A stretch of 64,000 bases of DNA, taken from sequence record DRR723986_5317; one strand, written 5' to 3'. Within the stretch, counting starts at the first letter, position 1. Each line of letters begins with the position of its first letter. Positions 1 to 11,100 of the stretch are shown piece by piece. The notes beneath the pieces are model-generated. The model was not told where the DNA came from, made no database searches, and was given only the letters and a program-made list of their open reading frames with translations. The translations under genes and the position numbers were made by a program.

Positions 1-254
1 TGGATGCAGCTAATATCATTCAAGGTGAAAAAGTTCAGATTGTAAACAATAATAATGGTGAACGATTAGAAACCTATTGTATACCAGGACCAAGAAATAG
101 TGGTGAAATTACCTTAAATGGTGCGGCCGCTCGTAAGGTTGCTGTTGGTGATATCTTAATTTTAATCACCTATGCTTTTATGGATATTGAAAAAGCTAAA
201 GTATTTAAACCTTCTTTAGTGTTTCCGGATGAAGCAACGAATCTTCTAAAATAA
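1..254 (+). CDS. panD: aspartate 1-decarboxylase, 5'-truncated at the window edge
   Basis: Manual translation of frame 3: [50 protein letters not shown]...LLK*; the NGERxETY and LNGAAAR motifs are typical of PanD. Not in the ORF track. Confidence 0.93.
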   Translation, partial: DAANIIQGEKVQIVNNNNGERLETYCIPGPRNSGEITLNGAAARKVAVGDILILITYAFMDIEKAKVFKPSLVFPDEATNLLK

Positions 255-258
255 ATAA

Positions 259-1212
259 TTGAACAATCCTAAAACCATCCTAAAAGTTGTATTACCCTTA
301 CTCTTAGGAGTTGCTTTAGTATGGTATTCATTATCACAGATTTCTGTTCCCACACTCGTTGAGTATTTTAAAAACGCTGATTATACATGGATAATTCTGG
401 GCTTAGGTATGGGAGTATTAAGTCATGCATCTAGAGCATACAGATGGTTATATATGGCAGAACCGTTAGGTTTTAAGCCAAAACTTGCCAACAGTTTCAT
501 GGCGGTTTATTCTGCGTACTTAATTAATTTCACCATTCCAAGAGCAGGGGAAATAGCAAGAGCTTCTATCTTAACAAATTATGAATCAATTCCTTTTGAA
601 AAAGGATTTGGTACTATAGTAGCAGAACGCGTAGCAGATACAATTATGCTACTTCTAATTATTCTAACAGCGCTTTTTTTAGAGTTCGATGTAATATATG
701 ACTTCTTCATGGATAAATTTAATCCGGTCACAGTTATACTTGGTTCTTCAGCTTTATTAGTAATGGGAGTGATATTGATTCTTTTTATTAAAAGAAGTCA
801 ATCAAAGTTTGCCTTAAAGGTTAAAATCTTTTTCAATGGATTAATTGAAGGTGCATTAAGCATCTTTAAAATGAAAAAGAAATGGGCATTTATCTTTCAC
901 ACTATATTTATTTGGGTAATGTATGTATTGATGTTTTTCGTTACCACATTTGCATTGCCAGAATTACAAGGTGTATCTGTTGCTGCTGTTCTTATAGCAT
1001 TTATTTTTGCTAGTTTTAGTATTGCTGCTACAAATGGTGGGATTGGTTCATTTCCAGAAGCAATAGTGCTGGCATTTTTATGGTTTAATGTTGCAGAAGA
1101 TCCAAGTAGAGCGTTTGGTTGGATTATGTGGTCAACACAGACTTTAGCAATCGTTGTTCTAGGAGGATTGTCATTAATTTACTTACCTATCTATAATAGG
1201 AGGAAAATTTGA
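259..1212 (+). CDS. lysylphosphatidylglycerol synthase TM-domain (flippase-like, UPF0104) membrane protein
   Basis: Multiple TM helices; RAYRW, PRAGEIAR and ERVAD motifs. Confidence 0.8.
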   Translation: MNNPKTILKVVLPLLLGVALVWYSLSQISVPTLVEYFKNADYTWIILGLGMGVLSHASRAYRWLYMAEPLGFKPKLANSFMAVYSAYLINFTIPRAGEIARASILTNYESIPFEKGFGTIVAERVADTIMLLLIILTALFLEFDVIYDFFMDKFNPVTVILGSSALLVMGVILILFIKRSQSKFALKVKIFFNGLIEGALSIFKMKKKWAFIFHTIFIWVMYVLMFFVTTFALPELQGVSVAAVLIAFIFASFSIAATNGGIGSFPEAIVLAFLWFNVAEDPSRAFGWIMWSTQTLAIVVLGGLSLIYLPIYNRRKI

Positions 1213-1261
1213 TTTTAGAAATATTTTTTACCTTGCTGAAACTTATTAAGTCAATTTACTA

Positions 1262-2410
1262 ATGAAGAAATCTTTAACTATTCTATTACTTTGTTTTGTA
1301 GCTTTAGGTTTGAATGCTCAAGCCATTTATGAAACAATTGATTCTTACAAGCTTGACGGTGAGAGAGAATTAAAAATTCAGTTGCCTAGAAACTATGATC
1401 CAGAATCTAAACGTTCTTACCCATTGGTTATAGTTTTAGATGGTGATTATCTCTTTGAACCTGTTGCTGGTAATATTGACTATCAAGCCTATTGGGAGGA
1501 CATTCCAGATTGTATTGTTGTAGGTGTAAAGCAGGGTAAAACAAGAGAAGATGACTTTTATTACGATAATGATGTGTTTTTTCCGGCGCATGAAGGAGCA
1601 AATTTTTATGAGTTTATTGCTGCTGAACTAATACCATATATAGAAGATAATTATAGCGCTTCAAATTTTCGTATTATAGTAGGTCACGATTTAGGTGCCA
1701 ATTTTATAAACTATTATTTATTTAAGGATGTGCCTTTATTTAGAGCATATGTGTCACTGAGTCCAGACTTTGCACCAGAAATGGTTAATAGATTATCAGA
1801 AAGATTGTCTAGTTTACAGCAAGAAACTTTTTATTATATGGCAACGGCAGATGCAGATGTGAAAGTACTTAGAAATTCTATTGTAGAATGTGATGCTGTT
1901 TTAAAACCAATTGAAAATAAGAAAGTGCATTATAAGTTTGATAATTTTGAAGACGCCAATCATTATTCGTTGGTTGGTCGCGGAATACCAAAAGCATTAA
2001 ACGAAATATTTGCTTTGTATAAACCAATTAATGGTAAAGAGTATAATGAAAAGGTAATCACATTTGAAGGCTCGCCGTACGAATATCTCATTAAAAAGTA
2101 TGAAGATATAGAATACTTTTATGGTTTTGAAAAGCAATTAATTGAGAATGATATTAGGGCAATTGCTGCAGCTTGTAAAAAGAAAGACAACTTAGAAGCG
2201 TTAGAATCTTTAGCAAAATTAGTAAAGAAAGAATTTCCCGAATCTATGTTAAGCGCCTATTACATGGGAATGTACTACGAAAAAGAAGGGAACTTAAGAA
2301 AGGCGTTACAACGCTATAAAGCAGGGTTACTACTCGAACCTTCTCAATACATAGATAAAGAAATAATGCTCGAAAAAATGTATGATGTACAAGATGCATT
2401 AAACGATTAG
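1262..2410 (+). CDS. secreted esterase-family alpha/beta-hydrolase with C-terminal TPR-like helices (GHDLG elbow)
   Basis: Signal peptide ending A-Q; LPRNY..YPLVIVLDGD; ELIPYIE; IIVGHDLGANF; NHYS. Confidence 0.78.
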   Translation: MKKSLTILLLCFVALGLNAQAIYETIDSYKLDGERELKIQLPRNYDPESKRSYPLVIVLDGDYLFEPVAGNIDYQAYWEDIPDCIVVGVKQGKTREDDFYYDNDVFFPAHEGANFYEFIAAELIPYIEDNYSASNFRIIVGHDLGANFINYYLFKDVPLFRAYVSLSPDFAPEMVNRLSERLSSLQQETFYYMATADADVKVLRNSIVECDAVLKPIENKKVHYKFDNFEDANHYSLVGRGIPKALNEIFALYKPINGKEYNEKVITFEGSPYEYLIKKYEDIEYFYGFEKQLIENDIRAIAAACKKKDNLEALESLAKLVKKEFPESMLSAYYMGMYYEKEGNLRKALQRYKAGLLLEPSQYIDKEIMLEKMYDVQDALND

Positions 2411-2489
2411 TTGCATTTCATCGAAAAAAGTTTACAATTTAACGATATTTTAGTATGTTTGGTTTCCCTTAACTTAAACCTACTTACTA

Positions 2490-3671
2490 ATGAGAAAAAC
2501 TATTTTAATAGTTTTGGCGTGTATATTGTGCATGCCATTATGTGCTCAAACGAGTTATGCCGAAATAAAATCTTCTAAACTAAATGCTGTTAGACAGCTA
2601 AAGATTAAGCTCCCTAATAATTACGATCCTTCATCTGATATTAAATACCCTTTAATTATTGTATTCGATGGAGATTATTTATTCGAGCCAGTTGCTGGGC
2701 AGGTAGATTTTCAAACTTATTTTGATGATATGCCAGGTTCTATAGTGGTAGGCGTTGTTCAGAGTAATGAACGTTATTATGATGGATATTGTGATGAGGT
2801 AAATGGATTACCTAAAGAGTCTGGTTTGAGATTTCATGAGTTTGTATCGGAAGAACTTATTCCTTTTTTAGATGATAAATACAATACAAGTAAATTTAGG
2901 GTTGCTGTTGGGCATGATCTAATGGGTAATTTTATTAATTCTTATCTATTTAAAGAAGAACCAATATTTAATGCATATGTATGCATAAGTCCAGATTTAT
3001 CTGGTACTGTAAGAGACTACTTAGGAAAAAGATTAGAGTTTTTTAAGGATGATATCTTTTATTATATGGCAACTTCAGATAAAGATTTACCTGGTATAAG
3101 AAAAGCCGTATTAAGTGCAAATAGTCAGATTTCCAAGGTAAAGAATCAATTTCTTACTTATTATTTTGATAATTTTAAAAACGAATCACACTATACTTTG
3201 GTAACAAGTGCAATAGCGAGGTCATTTGATAAAATTTTTGAACTTTATAAGCCACTTCGTGAAAAAGAATTAGAGGAAAAAGTCTTGCCATATGAGGGAA
3301 CTTTAGATACCTATTTAGTTGATAGAAACAAAAGAATTGAGAATCTGTTTGGAATTAAAAAACCAATTACTGAACAAGAATTTGATAAAGTAATAAAGGT
3401 TGCAGAACAGCGTGAAGATTTAGAATCACTTGAAAAAATTGGGAAACTAGCAAAAAAACTAGACCCAAATTCATTATTAGGTACATATTATTTAGCACAA
3501 TATGCAGAGCGTATTGGTAAAAAGAAAAAAGCTAAAAAGTTATATGAGTCAGCTTTAACATTAAATGATGTAAGCCATATTAACAGAGATGAAATTTTTT
3601 CAAAAATTGACGAACTAACTGTTGTTGAAACAGACGATGAAGGAGAGGAGGAAGATGATGAAGAAAATTAA
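2490..3671 (+). CDS. paralogous esterase-family alpha/beta-hydrolase with TPR-like region and acidic tail
   Basis: Collinear with the upstream ORF (DGDYLFEPVAG shared; VGHDLMGNF; SHYTLV). Confidence 0.78.
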   Translation: MRKTILIVLACILCMPLCAQTSYAEIKSSKLNAVRQLKIKLPNNYDPSSDIKYPLIIVFDGDYLFEPVAGQVDFQTYFDDMPGSIVVGVVQSNERYYDGYCDEVNGLPKESGLRFHEFVSEELIPFLDDKYNTSKFRVAVGHDLMGNFINSYLFKEEPIFNAYVCISPDLSGTVRDYLGKRLEFFKDDIFYYMATSDKDLPGIRKAVLSANSQISKVKNQFLTYYFDNFKNESHYTLVTSAIARSFDKIFELYKPLREKELEEKVLPYEGTLDTYLVDRNKRIENLFGIKKPITEQEFDKVIKVAEQREDLESLEKIGKLAKKLDPNSLLGTYYLAQYAERIGKKKKAKKLYESALTLNDVSHINRDEIFSKIDELTVVETDDEGEEEDDEEN

Positions 3672-3870
3672 GAAAAACTCATTGTCTACAGACTATTTCT
3701 TTGAAAGTTTATTCAGAAAAGTAAAAGCATTTTTGTTAACCAACCTAGCTGCAAAATTATCTGCCATAAAACTATTAACTATTGTAAGTTGGTTTAAAGA
3801 CATCAATTAAAATTATCTTAATTTAGCAGTTCATTTTAAACTCAAAATCAAGGCTTTTTGAGAATTGAAC

Positions 3871-5229
3871 ATGGCTAAGGTAAAAACAACATTTTTTTGT
3901 CAAAATTGTGGAAGTCAATATGCTAAATGGCAAGGGCAGTGTACGTCTTGTAAAGATTGGAATACTATAGCAGAAGAAGTCATTCAAAAACCAGAAAAAA
4001 GTGACTGGAAAACCGCTGATACCATTACAAAAAGGGCATCACAACCATTAAAAATAGATGAGATTGATACTTCTCAAGAAGCACGATATGATTTGCAAGA
4101 TGCAGAATTTAATCGAGTTCTTGGCGGTGGTATGGTACCAGGATCTCTGACACTTTTGGGTGGTGAACCAGGTATTGGAAAAAGTACGCTGTTACTTCAA
4201 GTAGCATTAAAATTAAACTACAAAACATTGTATGTATCTGGTGAGGAGAGCCAAAAGCAAATTAAAATGCGGGCGGAACGTATTAATCCAGTTAATAGTA
4301 ATTGTTACATCCTTACTGAAACAAAGACTCAGAATATATTTAAGCAAATTTCATCATTACAACCCGATATAGTTATTATAGATTCGATACAGACTCTTCA
4401 TAGCGATTATATTGAATCGTCAGCTGGTAGCATTTCTCAAATAAAAGAATGCACTACAGAGCTCATAAAATTTGCTAAAGAAACTGCCACACCTGTGCTA
4501 TTAATTGGCCATATTACAAAAGATGGACATATTGCAGGGCCAAAGATTCTAGAGCATATGGTTGATACAGTACTGCAGTTTGAAGGAGATCGTAATCATG
4601 TGTTTAGGATATTAAGAGCAAATAAAAATAGATTTGGTTCAACAAATGAACTTGGTATCTATGAAATGCAAGGTTCTGGTTTAAGGGAAGTGTCTAATCC
4701 TTCTGAAATATTAATATCAGAAAAAGATGGTGAACTTTCTGGTAATGCTATTGTCGCAACATTAGAGGGCTTAAGGCCTTTAATGATAGAGGTGCAGGCA
4801 CTAGTCAGTACTGCGGTTTATGGAACACCACAACGATCTGCAACAGGTTTTAATGCTAAGCGTTTAAATATGCTATTAGCAGTACTAGAAAAACGAGCTG
4901 GTTTTAGATTAGGTGCAAAAGATGTCTTTTTAAATATTACTGGTGGAATTACTGTCGATGATCCGGCAATTGATTTAGCTGTTGTAGCAGCTATTTTATC
5001 CTCAAATGAAGATACAGCTTTACCTAGTGACTATTGTTTTGCAGCTGAAGTTGGTCTTTCTGGCGAAATAAGACCAGTACAACGTGTTGAACAACGTATT
5101 TTAGAGGCAGAAAAATTAGGATTTTCTACCATATTTATCTCTAAATATAATAAGCTTTCAATTAAAGATTCGTCTATTAAAGTTCAACTTATTTCTAAGA
5201 TTGAAGATTTAGTAAACTTACTAGTCTAA
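3871..5229 (+). CDS. radA: DNA repair protein RadA/Sms
   Basis: C4 Zn finger CQNCG..CTSC, Walker A GGEPGIGKSTL, KNRFG, Lon-like C-terminus; ATG at 3871 preferred. Confidence 0.97.
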   Translation: MAKVKTTFFCQNCGSQYAKWQGQCTSCKDWNTIAEEVIQKPEKSDWKTADTITKRASQPLKIDEIDTSQEARYDLQDAEFNRVLGGGMVPGSLTLLGGEPGIGKSTLLLQVALKLNYKTLYVSGEESQKQIKMRAERINPVNSNCYILTETKTQNIFKQISSLQPDIVIIDSIQTLHSDYIESSAGSISQIKECTTELIKFAKETATPVLLIGHITKDGHIAGPKILEHMVDTVLQFEGDRNHVFRILRANKNRFGSTNELGIYEMQGSGLREVSNPSEILISEKDGELSGNAIVATLEGLRPLMIEVQALVSTAVYGTPQRSATGFNAKRLNMLLAVLEKRAGFRLGAKDVFLNITGGITVDDPAIDLAVVAAILSSNEDTALPSDYCFAAEVGLSGEIRPVQRVEQRILEAEKLGFSTIFISKYNKLSIKDSSIKVQLISKIEDLVNLLV

Positions 5230-5558
5230 CTTTTATAAATCTCCTGTTATTCTGAGTTGTTGTATAAATTTAGATGCTTTTCATCGATTTTAAATGCATT
5301 TTATATTTATGAAAACGCACTTTAACTATTTTTTTATAGATACATCTATATAATCTCACATTGTTTTGGCTAATTGATTATCCATCAGTTACTTTTACTT
5401 TATAATTTTGCACGCAAGCCCCCTCCAGCTGTAAAATATATTTCCCTCTTTACAGTTTTCAAATCCATTGACAAAGACACCTTTTCGTACTTAAGTGTAA
5501 GTGACTAAATATTAAATATTGTGTCTTAAATATAGTATAACCTACTTATGAGATTATT

Positions 5559-6074
5559 ATGAGAACAAATCTACTTTGTGGCATATTTTTTATGCTCTTC
5601 GCATTTTCTTTTTCCTACAGCTAGAATTCTAAGGTGGTTGTCCGCGTAAAGTGGAAAGAAAAGTCCTATGAGAACAAATTAGAACTGTATAATGCAGCTA
5701 ATGACTTAGTGATGTCAATTTGTGATGATACACAATGTTATTCGGGTTCTCAATTGGGAGGTACAGATAAATATGTAGTAAAATATAATCTTGGTTGTGT
5801 TACAGATGGTAACAACTATTATATAAAACTTTATGATGCAGCTAATGACGGATGGTCTAACAGTAGAGTAATAGTTAAAGTTGCAGGTGTAGAAGTGATT
5901 AATGATAATGGATCGGGTGCAACTTCAGCTGGTCAGAATATATACTTTAATGTCTCAGGTGGCGGCGCAGCTTGTAGTGCAGAGGAGGCTTTTTTTATAT
6001 TATTTAAACTTTCTAGTTATTTCGGTTTTCCAATAAACTACAATAAGCATAAGTTTATAGAATTTATTAGGTGA
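5559..6074 (+). pseudogene. N-terminal relic of a secreted Cys-containing surface protein, with in-frame TAG right after the signal peptide and an apparent truncation
   Basis: ATG 5559 MRTNLLCGIFFMLFAFSFSYS-TAG(5622-5624)-NSK continues in frame into ORF 5634; protein-like content (LYDAANDGW) ends near SGGGAACS. Confidence 0.65.
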
Positions 6075-6122
6075 GGTCAAAATAAATTGTAACATTTACA
6101 GGTACAATTTAAATCTTAAATT

Positions 6123-6692
6123 TTGCAAGACCCTAACTTTGACTTTCTAAGATTAAAATTTAATGTTTCAAAAGAAGCATATAAAATCTTACAAAGTCTT
6201 GCTAAATATAAAAAACTTAAACAAGGACAAGTTTTATTAGAACAAGGAACAAAAAGTAACAAAATGTCTTTTTTAGTTTCCGGTTTAATGAGAGCCTATC
6301 ATGTCTTAGAGTCTGGAAAGGAAATTACTAAGAACCTATATACGCCTTATAGTTTTGTTGGACCATTTTCCTCAATATTAAAGAAGGAACCTTCATTACT
6401 AACTCATGAAGCATTAACAGATACTGTTCTTTACGAAGTGAACTTTGAAGATTTCTTAGCCCATTCTAAAACAAATATTGAAATAAGTAAATTATATAAT
6501 AGAGTATTAGAATACATTTTTATAGTTTATGAACAGAAATATTTAACCCATATCTCACTTAATGCGACTGAACGCTATAGACTGTTAAAAAATCAAATTC
6601 CAGATATTGAAAACTTAATTCCACAGTATCAAATAGCGTCATATTTAAATATATCACCTGTACAATTAAGTAGAATTAGAAAGGCACTCTAA
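6123..6692 (+). CDS. Crp/Fnr family transcriptional regulator
   Basis: cNMP-binding-like domain (VSGLMRAY..GKEIT) and C-terminal HTH (IPQYQIASYLNISPVQLSRIR). Confidence 0.92.
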   Translation: MQDPNFDFLRLKFNVSKEAYKILQSLAKYKKLKQGQVLLEQGTKSNKMSFLVSGLMRAYHVLESGKEITKNLYTPYSFVGPFSSILKKEPSLLTHEALTDTVLYEVNFEDFLAHSKTNIEISKLYNRVLEYIFIVYEQKYLTHISLNATERYRLLKNQIPDIENLIPQYQIASYLNISPVQLSRIRKAL

Positions 6693-6697
6693 GGATT

Positions 6698-6711
6698 TTA
6701 ACATATGTTAA
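6698..6711. promoter_or_regulatory. perfect palindrome TTAACATATGTTAA, candidate operator of the adjacent Crp/Fnr regulator
   Basis: 14-bp perfect dyad starting 6 nt after the Crp stop and about 22 nt before a TAATTTCG -7-like element. Confidence 0.55.
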
Positions 6712-6791
6712 TTAATTCTAGGATAATTCATGATAATTTCGCGCTAAGATTAATTTTTTACAAACCAAGATTAATTAATAGCCCTAACAAG

Positions 6792-6823
6792 AAAAAGCAA
6801 ACGAGTTCTGTTTGCTTTTTTTT
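6792..6823 (+). terminator. intrinsic terminator
   Basis: AAAAAGCAAAC-7 nt-GTTTGCTTTTTTTT. Confidence 0.75.
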
Positions 6824-7151
6824 GATGAAATTTTATGGTTATTGAGAGCCTATATTTTAATTAAAAGTACTTCGTAATCCGCTAATACAAGCATTTTCCC
6901 CTTGTATTTAATCTGTTTTTTTTGCTTTTATTTTATAAAAATTACACCTTAGAGTGACTTCTTATTGTTATATCGAAAACGAATCTGTTTTTTTTTCTAT
7001 TAGGCTACCAAATTATACTATTGTATTGTTGTTGAATCTAAAATTATAAACTTCAACACTATCCTCCCTCAGAATACAATCCATTAGAATAGAAGACTTT
7101 AAGTTGGTACATAGTTAATTTAGGAACCCAAACCTTATTAAAATTTAACCT

Positions 7152-7961
7152 ATGAAAACAACACTACTTAAAAAAGAAAACTTTTTATGCTTTATTGCAT
7201 TTACATTTTTATCAATGCAATCTATTAGCGCGCTTGGACCACTTCAAACTTCACCAGATACTGATGAAGAATTAATGAAGAGAATGTATTTAGAATTTAA
7301 TAGTGTAGATGGACCAGAGGCAAGACGTGTATTACAACTTGCGTTTAGTGAAAATACGTCGGATGATTTTGATGTTGATTATGACATTAAAAACACAAAT
7401 GTTGGAGAATATGATCTTAACCTAGATCTTAATGGCGAACCAATGATTGAACAAGCTTATGCCCCAATTACCGAGAATAAGGGAGTGAACTTATTGTTTC
7501 AAACTTCAGGCAGTTTTTCTTTTACAATAAGACTAACTACAACCGATAACATGGAAGCAAATGATCTCCACCTTAAAGATAATCTTTACGGAACGTATTT
7601 TGATTTAAAAAGTGGTGAAGCTTATGAGTTTTACTCTGATGAAGGATATTACCCAAACAGATTCCAAATTGTCTTCAAACAACAATCAGAGACGTTATCT
7701 CAGATTGATCATACCTTAGATGGATTAGATGTAAGATATCTCTCTAATGCAAAAAAGTTATCCATTACGAACCCAAATAATAAAGAGATTAAGAGTATTG
7801 AATTATTCGATATACTAGGTAAATCTGTATATAACAATAAAATGAATGATACTGTAAACACTTTAGAATTTAGACTTAATAGTTTAGCTACAGGTGCATA
7901 TATCATTAGATTAATTACAGAGGAAAATGGTATTCTTACAAAGAAAATCATAGTCAATTAA
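7152..7961 (+). CDS. T9SS type A sorting-domain (CTD) secreted protein
   Basis: Signal peptide; C-terminal SIELFDILGKSV..LATGAYIIRL..KKIIVN CTD motif. Confidence 0.88.
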   Translation: MKTTLLKKENFLCFIAFTFLSMQSISALGPLQTSPDTDEELMKRMYLEFNSVDGPEARRVLQLAFSENTSDDFDVDYDIKNTNVGEYDLNLDLNGEPMIEQAYAPITENKGVNLLFQTSGSFSFTIRLTTTDNMEANDLHLKDNLYGTYFDLKSGEAYEFYSDEGYYPNRFQIVFKQQSETLSQIDHTLDGLDVRYLSNAKKLSITNPNNKEIKSIELFDILGKSVYNNKMNDTVNTLEFRLNSLATGAYIIRLITEENGILTKKIIVN

Positions 7962-7992
7962 GTAGAGTTAAAAACTCAATAATAAATATATC

Positions 7993-8030
7993 AAGGTCGC
8001 TCTAATAAATTTTAGAGCGACCTTTTGTTT
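7993..8030 (+). terminator. intrinsic terminator
   Basis: 13-bp stem AAGGTCGCTCTAA/TTAGAGCGACCTT followed by TTGTTTTT. Confidence 0.85.
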
Positions 8031-8101
8031 TTTCAAGGCCATACTACATCGAATTTTATTAAAAATTCTTTAATTTCGCAGACTTATAAGATTTTATAAC
8101 A

Positions 8102-11100
8102 ATGAGCGCAAAGTTCCCTGAATATAAAGGACTTAACTTGTCTAAAGTTGCTACTGAAGTAAGCGACTATTGGCAAGCTAATAATATCTTCGAAAAGAGT
8201 GTTACGACTAGAGAAGGTCAATCACCTTATGTTTTTTTTGAAGGGCCACCTTCTGCAAATGGTTTACCTGGTGTACACCACGTATTAGCTCGCGCTATCA
8301 AAGATATTTTTCCGCGTTATAAAACCATGAAAGGATTTCAGGTAAAACGTAAAGCCGGTTGGGATACACATGGATTACCAGTAGAACTTGGAGTTGAGAA
8401 AGAGCTTGGGATTACTAAGGAAGATATTGGTACAAAAATAACAGTAGAAGAATATAACGAAGCTTGTAAAAAAGCAGTTATGCGTTATACTGATATATGG
8501 AACGATCTTACTCAGAAAATGGGCTATTGGGTAGATATGGATAATCCATATGTAACCTATAAGTCTAAATATATGGAATCTGTGTGGTGGTTATTAAAGC
8601 AGATTTATGATAAAAACTTATTGTATAAAGGTTATACCATTCAGCCATATTCACCAAAGGCTGGGACAGGGTTAAGTTCTCATGAGTTAAATCAACCAGG
8701 TACTTACCAAGATGTTACAGACACAACAGTTGTTGCTCAGTTTAAAGCCAATGAGGATTCGTTACCGGATTTTTTACAAAATGAAGGTGATATATTTTTC
8801 CTTGCTTGGACAACTACTCCTTGGACTTTACCGAGTAATACAGCTTTAACGGTTGGGCCTAAGATTGATTATGTTTTAGTCGAAACATACAACCAATACA
8901 CATTTAAACCTATTAATGGTGTATTAGCTAAAAATCTAGTTGCTAAACAATTTGATGGAAAATACAATGAGGTAGAAAATAAATCAGACTTGCTAGATTA
9001 TAAAGATGGAGATAAAAAAATTCCGTTTTATGTTGTAAAAGAATTTAAGGGAAAAGATTTAGTTGGTATTACATACGAGCAACTTTTAGATTATGCTACA
9101 CCATATGATAATCCTCAAAATGCATTTAGAGTTATTTCTGGTGATTTTGTAACAACAGAAGATGGAACAGGTATTGTACACACAGCACCAACATTTGGAG
9201 CAGATGATGCATTAGTAGCAAAGCAAGCCATGCCAGAAGTCCCACCTTTATTAGTCAAGGATGACAATGATAATTTAGTTCCATTGGTAGATTTACAAGG
9301 GAGATTTAGACCAGAAATGGGCGAGTTTGGTGGCAAGTATGTAAAAAACGAATATTATAATGATGGTGAAGCACCAGAGCGTTCTGTAGACGTTGAACTT
9401 GCTATTAAATTAAAAACAGAAAATAAAGCCTTTAAGGTTGAAAAATATAAGCACAGTTATCCAAATTGCTGGAGAACAGATAAGCCAATTTTATATTATC
9501 CGTTAGATTCTTGGTTTATTAAGGTTACTGATGTAAAAGGAAGAATGCACGAACTTAATACCACAATTAACTGGAAACCAAAATCTACTGGTGAAGGTCG
9601 TTTTGGTAATTGGTTGGCAAATGCAAACGATTGGAATTTATCACGTTCACGTTTTTGGGGAATTCCATTACCAATTTGGCGAACGGAAGATGGTAAAGAA
9701 CAATTATGTATTGGTTCTGTTGAAGATTTAAAAGCTGAAATTACTAAAGCTGTTGAAGCTGGTATAATGTCAGAGGATATATTTGCAGATTTTAAAGTTG
9801 GCAATATGTCTGAGGACAATTATGAGAAAATAGATTTACATAAAAATGTAGTAGATAAAATCATTTTAGTATCACCTTCAGGACAACCAATGAAGCGAGA
9901 AAGCGATTTAATAGATGTATGGTTTGATTCTGGTTCAATGCCTTATGCACAATGGCATTATCCGTTTGAGAATAAAAATCTCATTGATAATAACGAGGCT
10001 TTTCCGGCAGATTTTATTGCAGAAGGTGTAGATCAAACAAGAGGTTGGTTTTATACACTACACGCTATAGGTACCATGGTTTTTGATTCTGTGGCTTACA
10101 AAAATGTCGTGTCTAACGGATTAGTGTTGGATAAAAATGGACAAAAAATGTCTAAACGTTTAGGCAATGCTGTAGATCCTTTTGATACATTATCTAAATA
10201 TGGAGCTGATGCTACACGCTGGTACATGATTAGTAATGCCAACCCTTGGGATAACCTAAAGTTTGATATTGATGGTATAGAAGAAGTAAGTAGAAAGTTC
10301 TTCGGTACACTTTACAATACGTATTCATTCTTTACTTTATATACCAATATAGACGGATTTAGATACAGTGAAGAGGATATAGATATAAAAGACAGACCAG
10401 AAATAGACCGTTGGATCTTATCAGAATTAAATACTTTAATTGAAAAGGTAGATAAGTTCTATGAGGAGTATGAGCCAACGAAAGCCGCAAGAGCTATATC
10501 AGATTTCACACAAGATTATTTAAGTAATTGGTATGTGAGATTAAGTAGAAGACGTTTTTGGAAAGGTGATTATCAGCAAGACAAAATATCTGCATATCAG
10601 ACGCTTTATACTTGTATGCTTACCATAGCTAAATTAGGAGCGCCAATTGCACCATTCTTTATGGATCGTTTGTATTTAGATTTAAATGCAGTGACTAAAA
10701 AGGAAAATTATGAAAGTGTTCACTTAGCAGAGTTTCCAAAAGCAGACCGCTCTTTAATAGATAAAGTATTAGAACGAAAAATGGGGAATGCTCAAACAAT
10801 ATCTTCGTTGGTATTATCGTTGAGAGCTAAAGAGAAGATAAAGGTTCGTCAGCCGTTACAGAAAATAATGATTCCTGTTGATAGTGTGCAACAAAAGGAA
10901 GAGATAGAAGCGGTAACAGATCTAATTAAACATGAGGTAAACATTAAATCTATAGAGTTATTAGAAGATGCCTCAGATATTTTAGTAAAACAAATAAAAC
11001 CAAATTTTAAGGCTTTAGGGCCAAGATTTGGAAGAGATATGAAGCTGATTTCTAACACAATAAGCTCTTTTTCTGCAGAAGACATCAAAAATATCGAGCA

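Noticed and set aside
3622-3810. 62-aa ORF overlapping the end of the second esterase-like gene
   Set aside because: Out-of-frame overlap with no motif; probably spurious.
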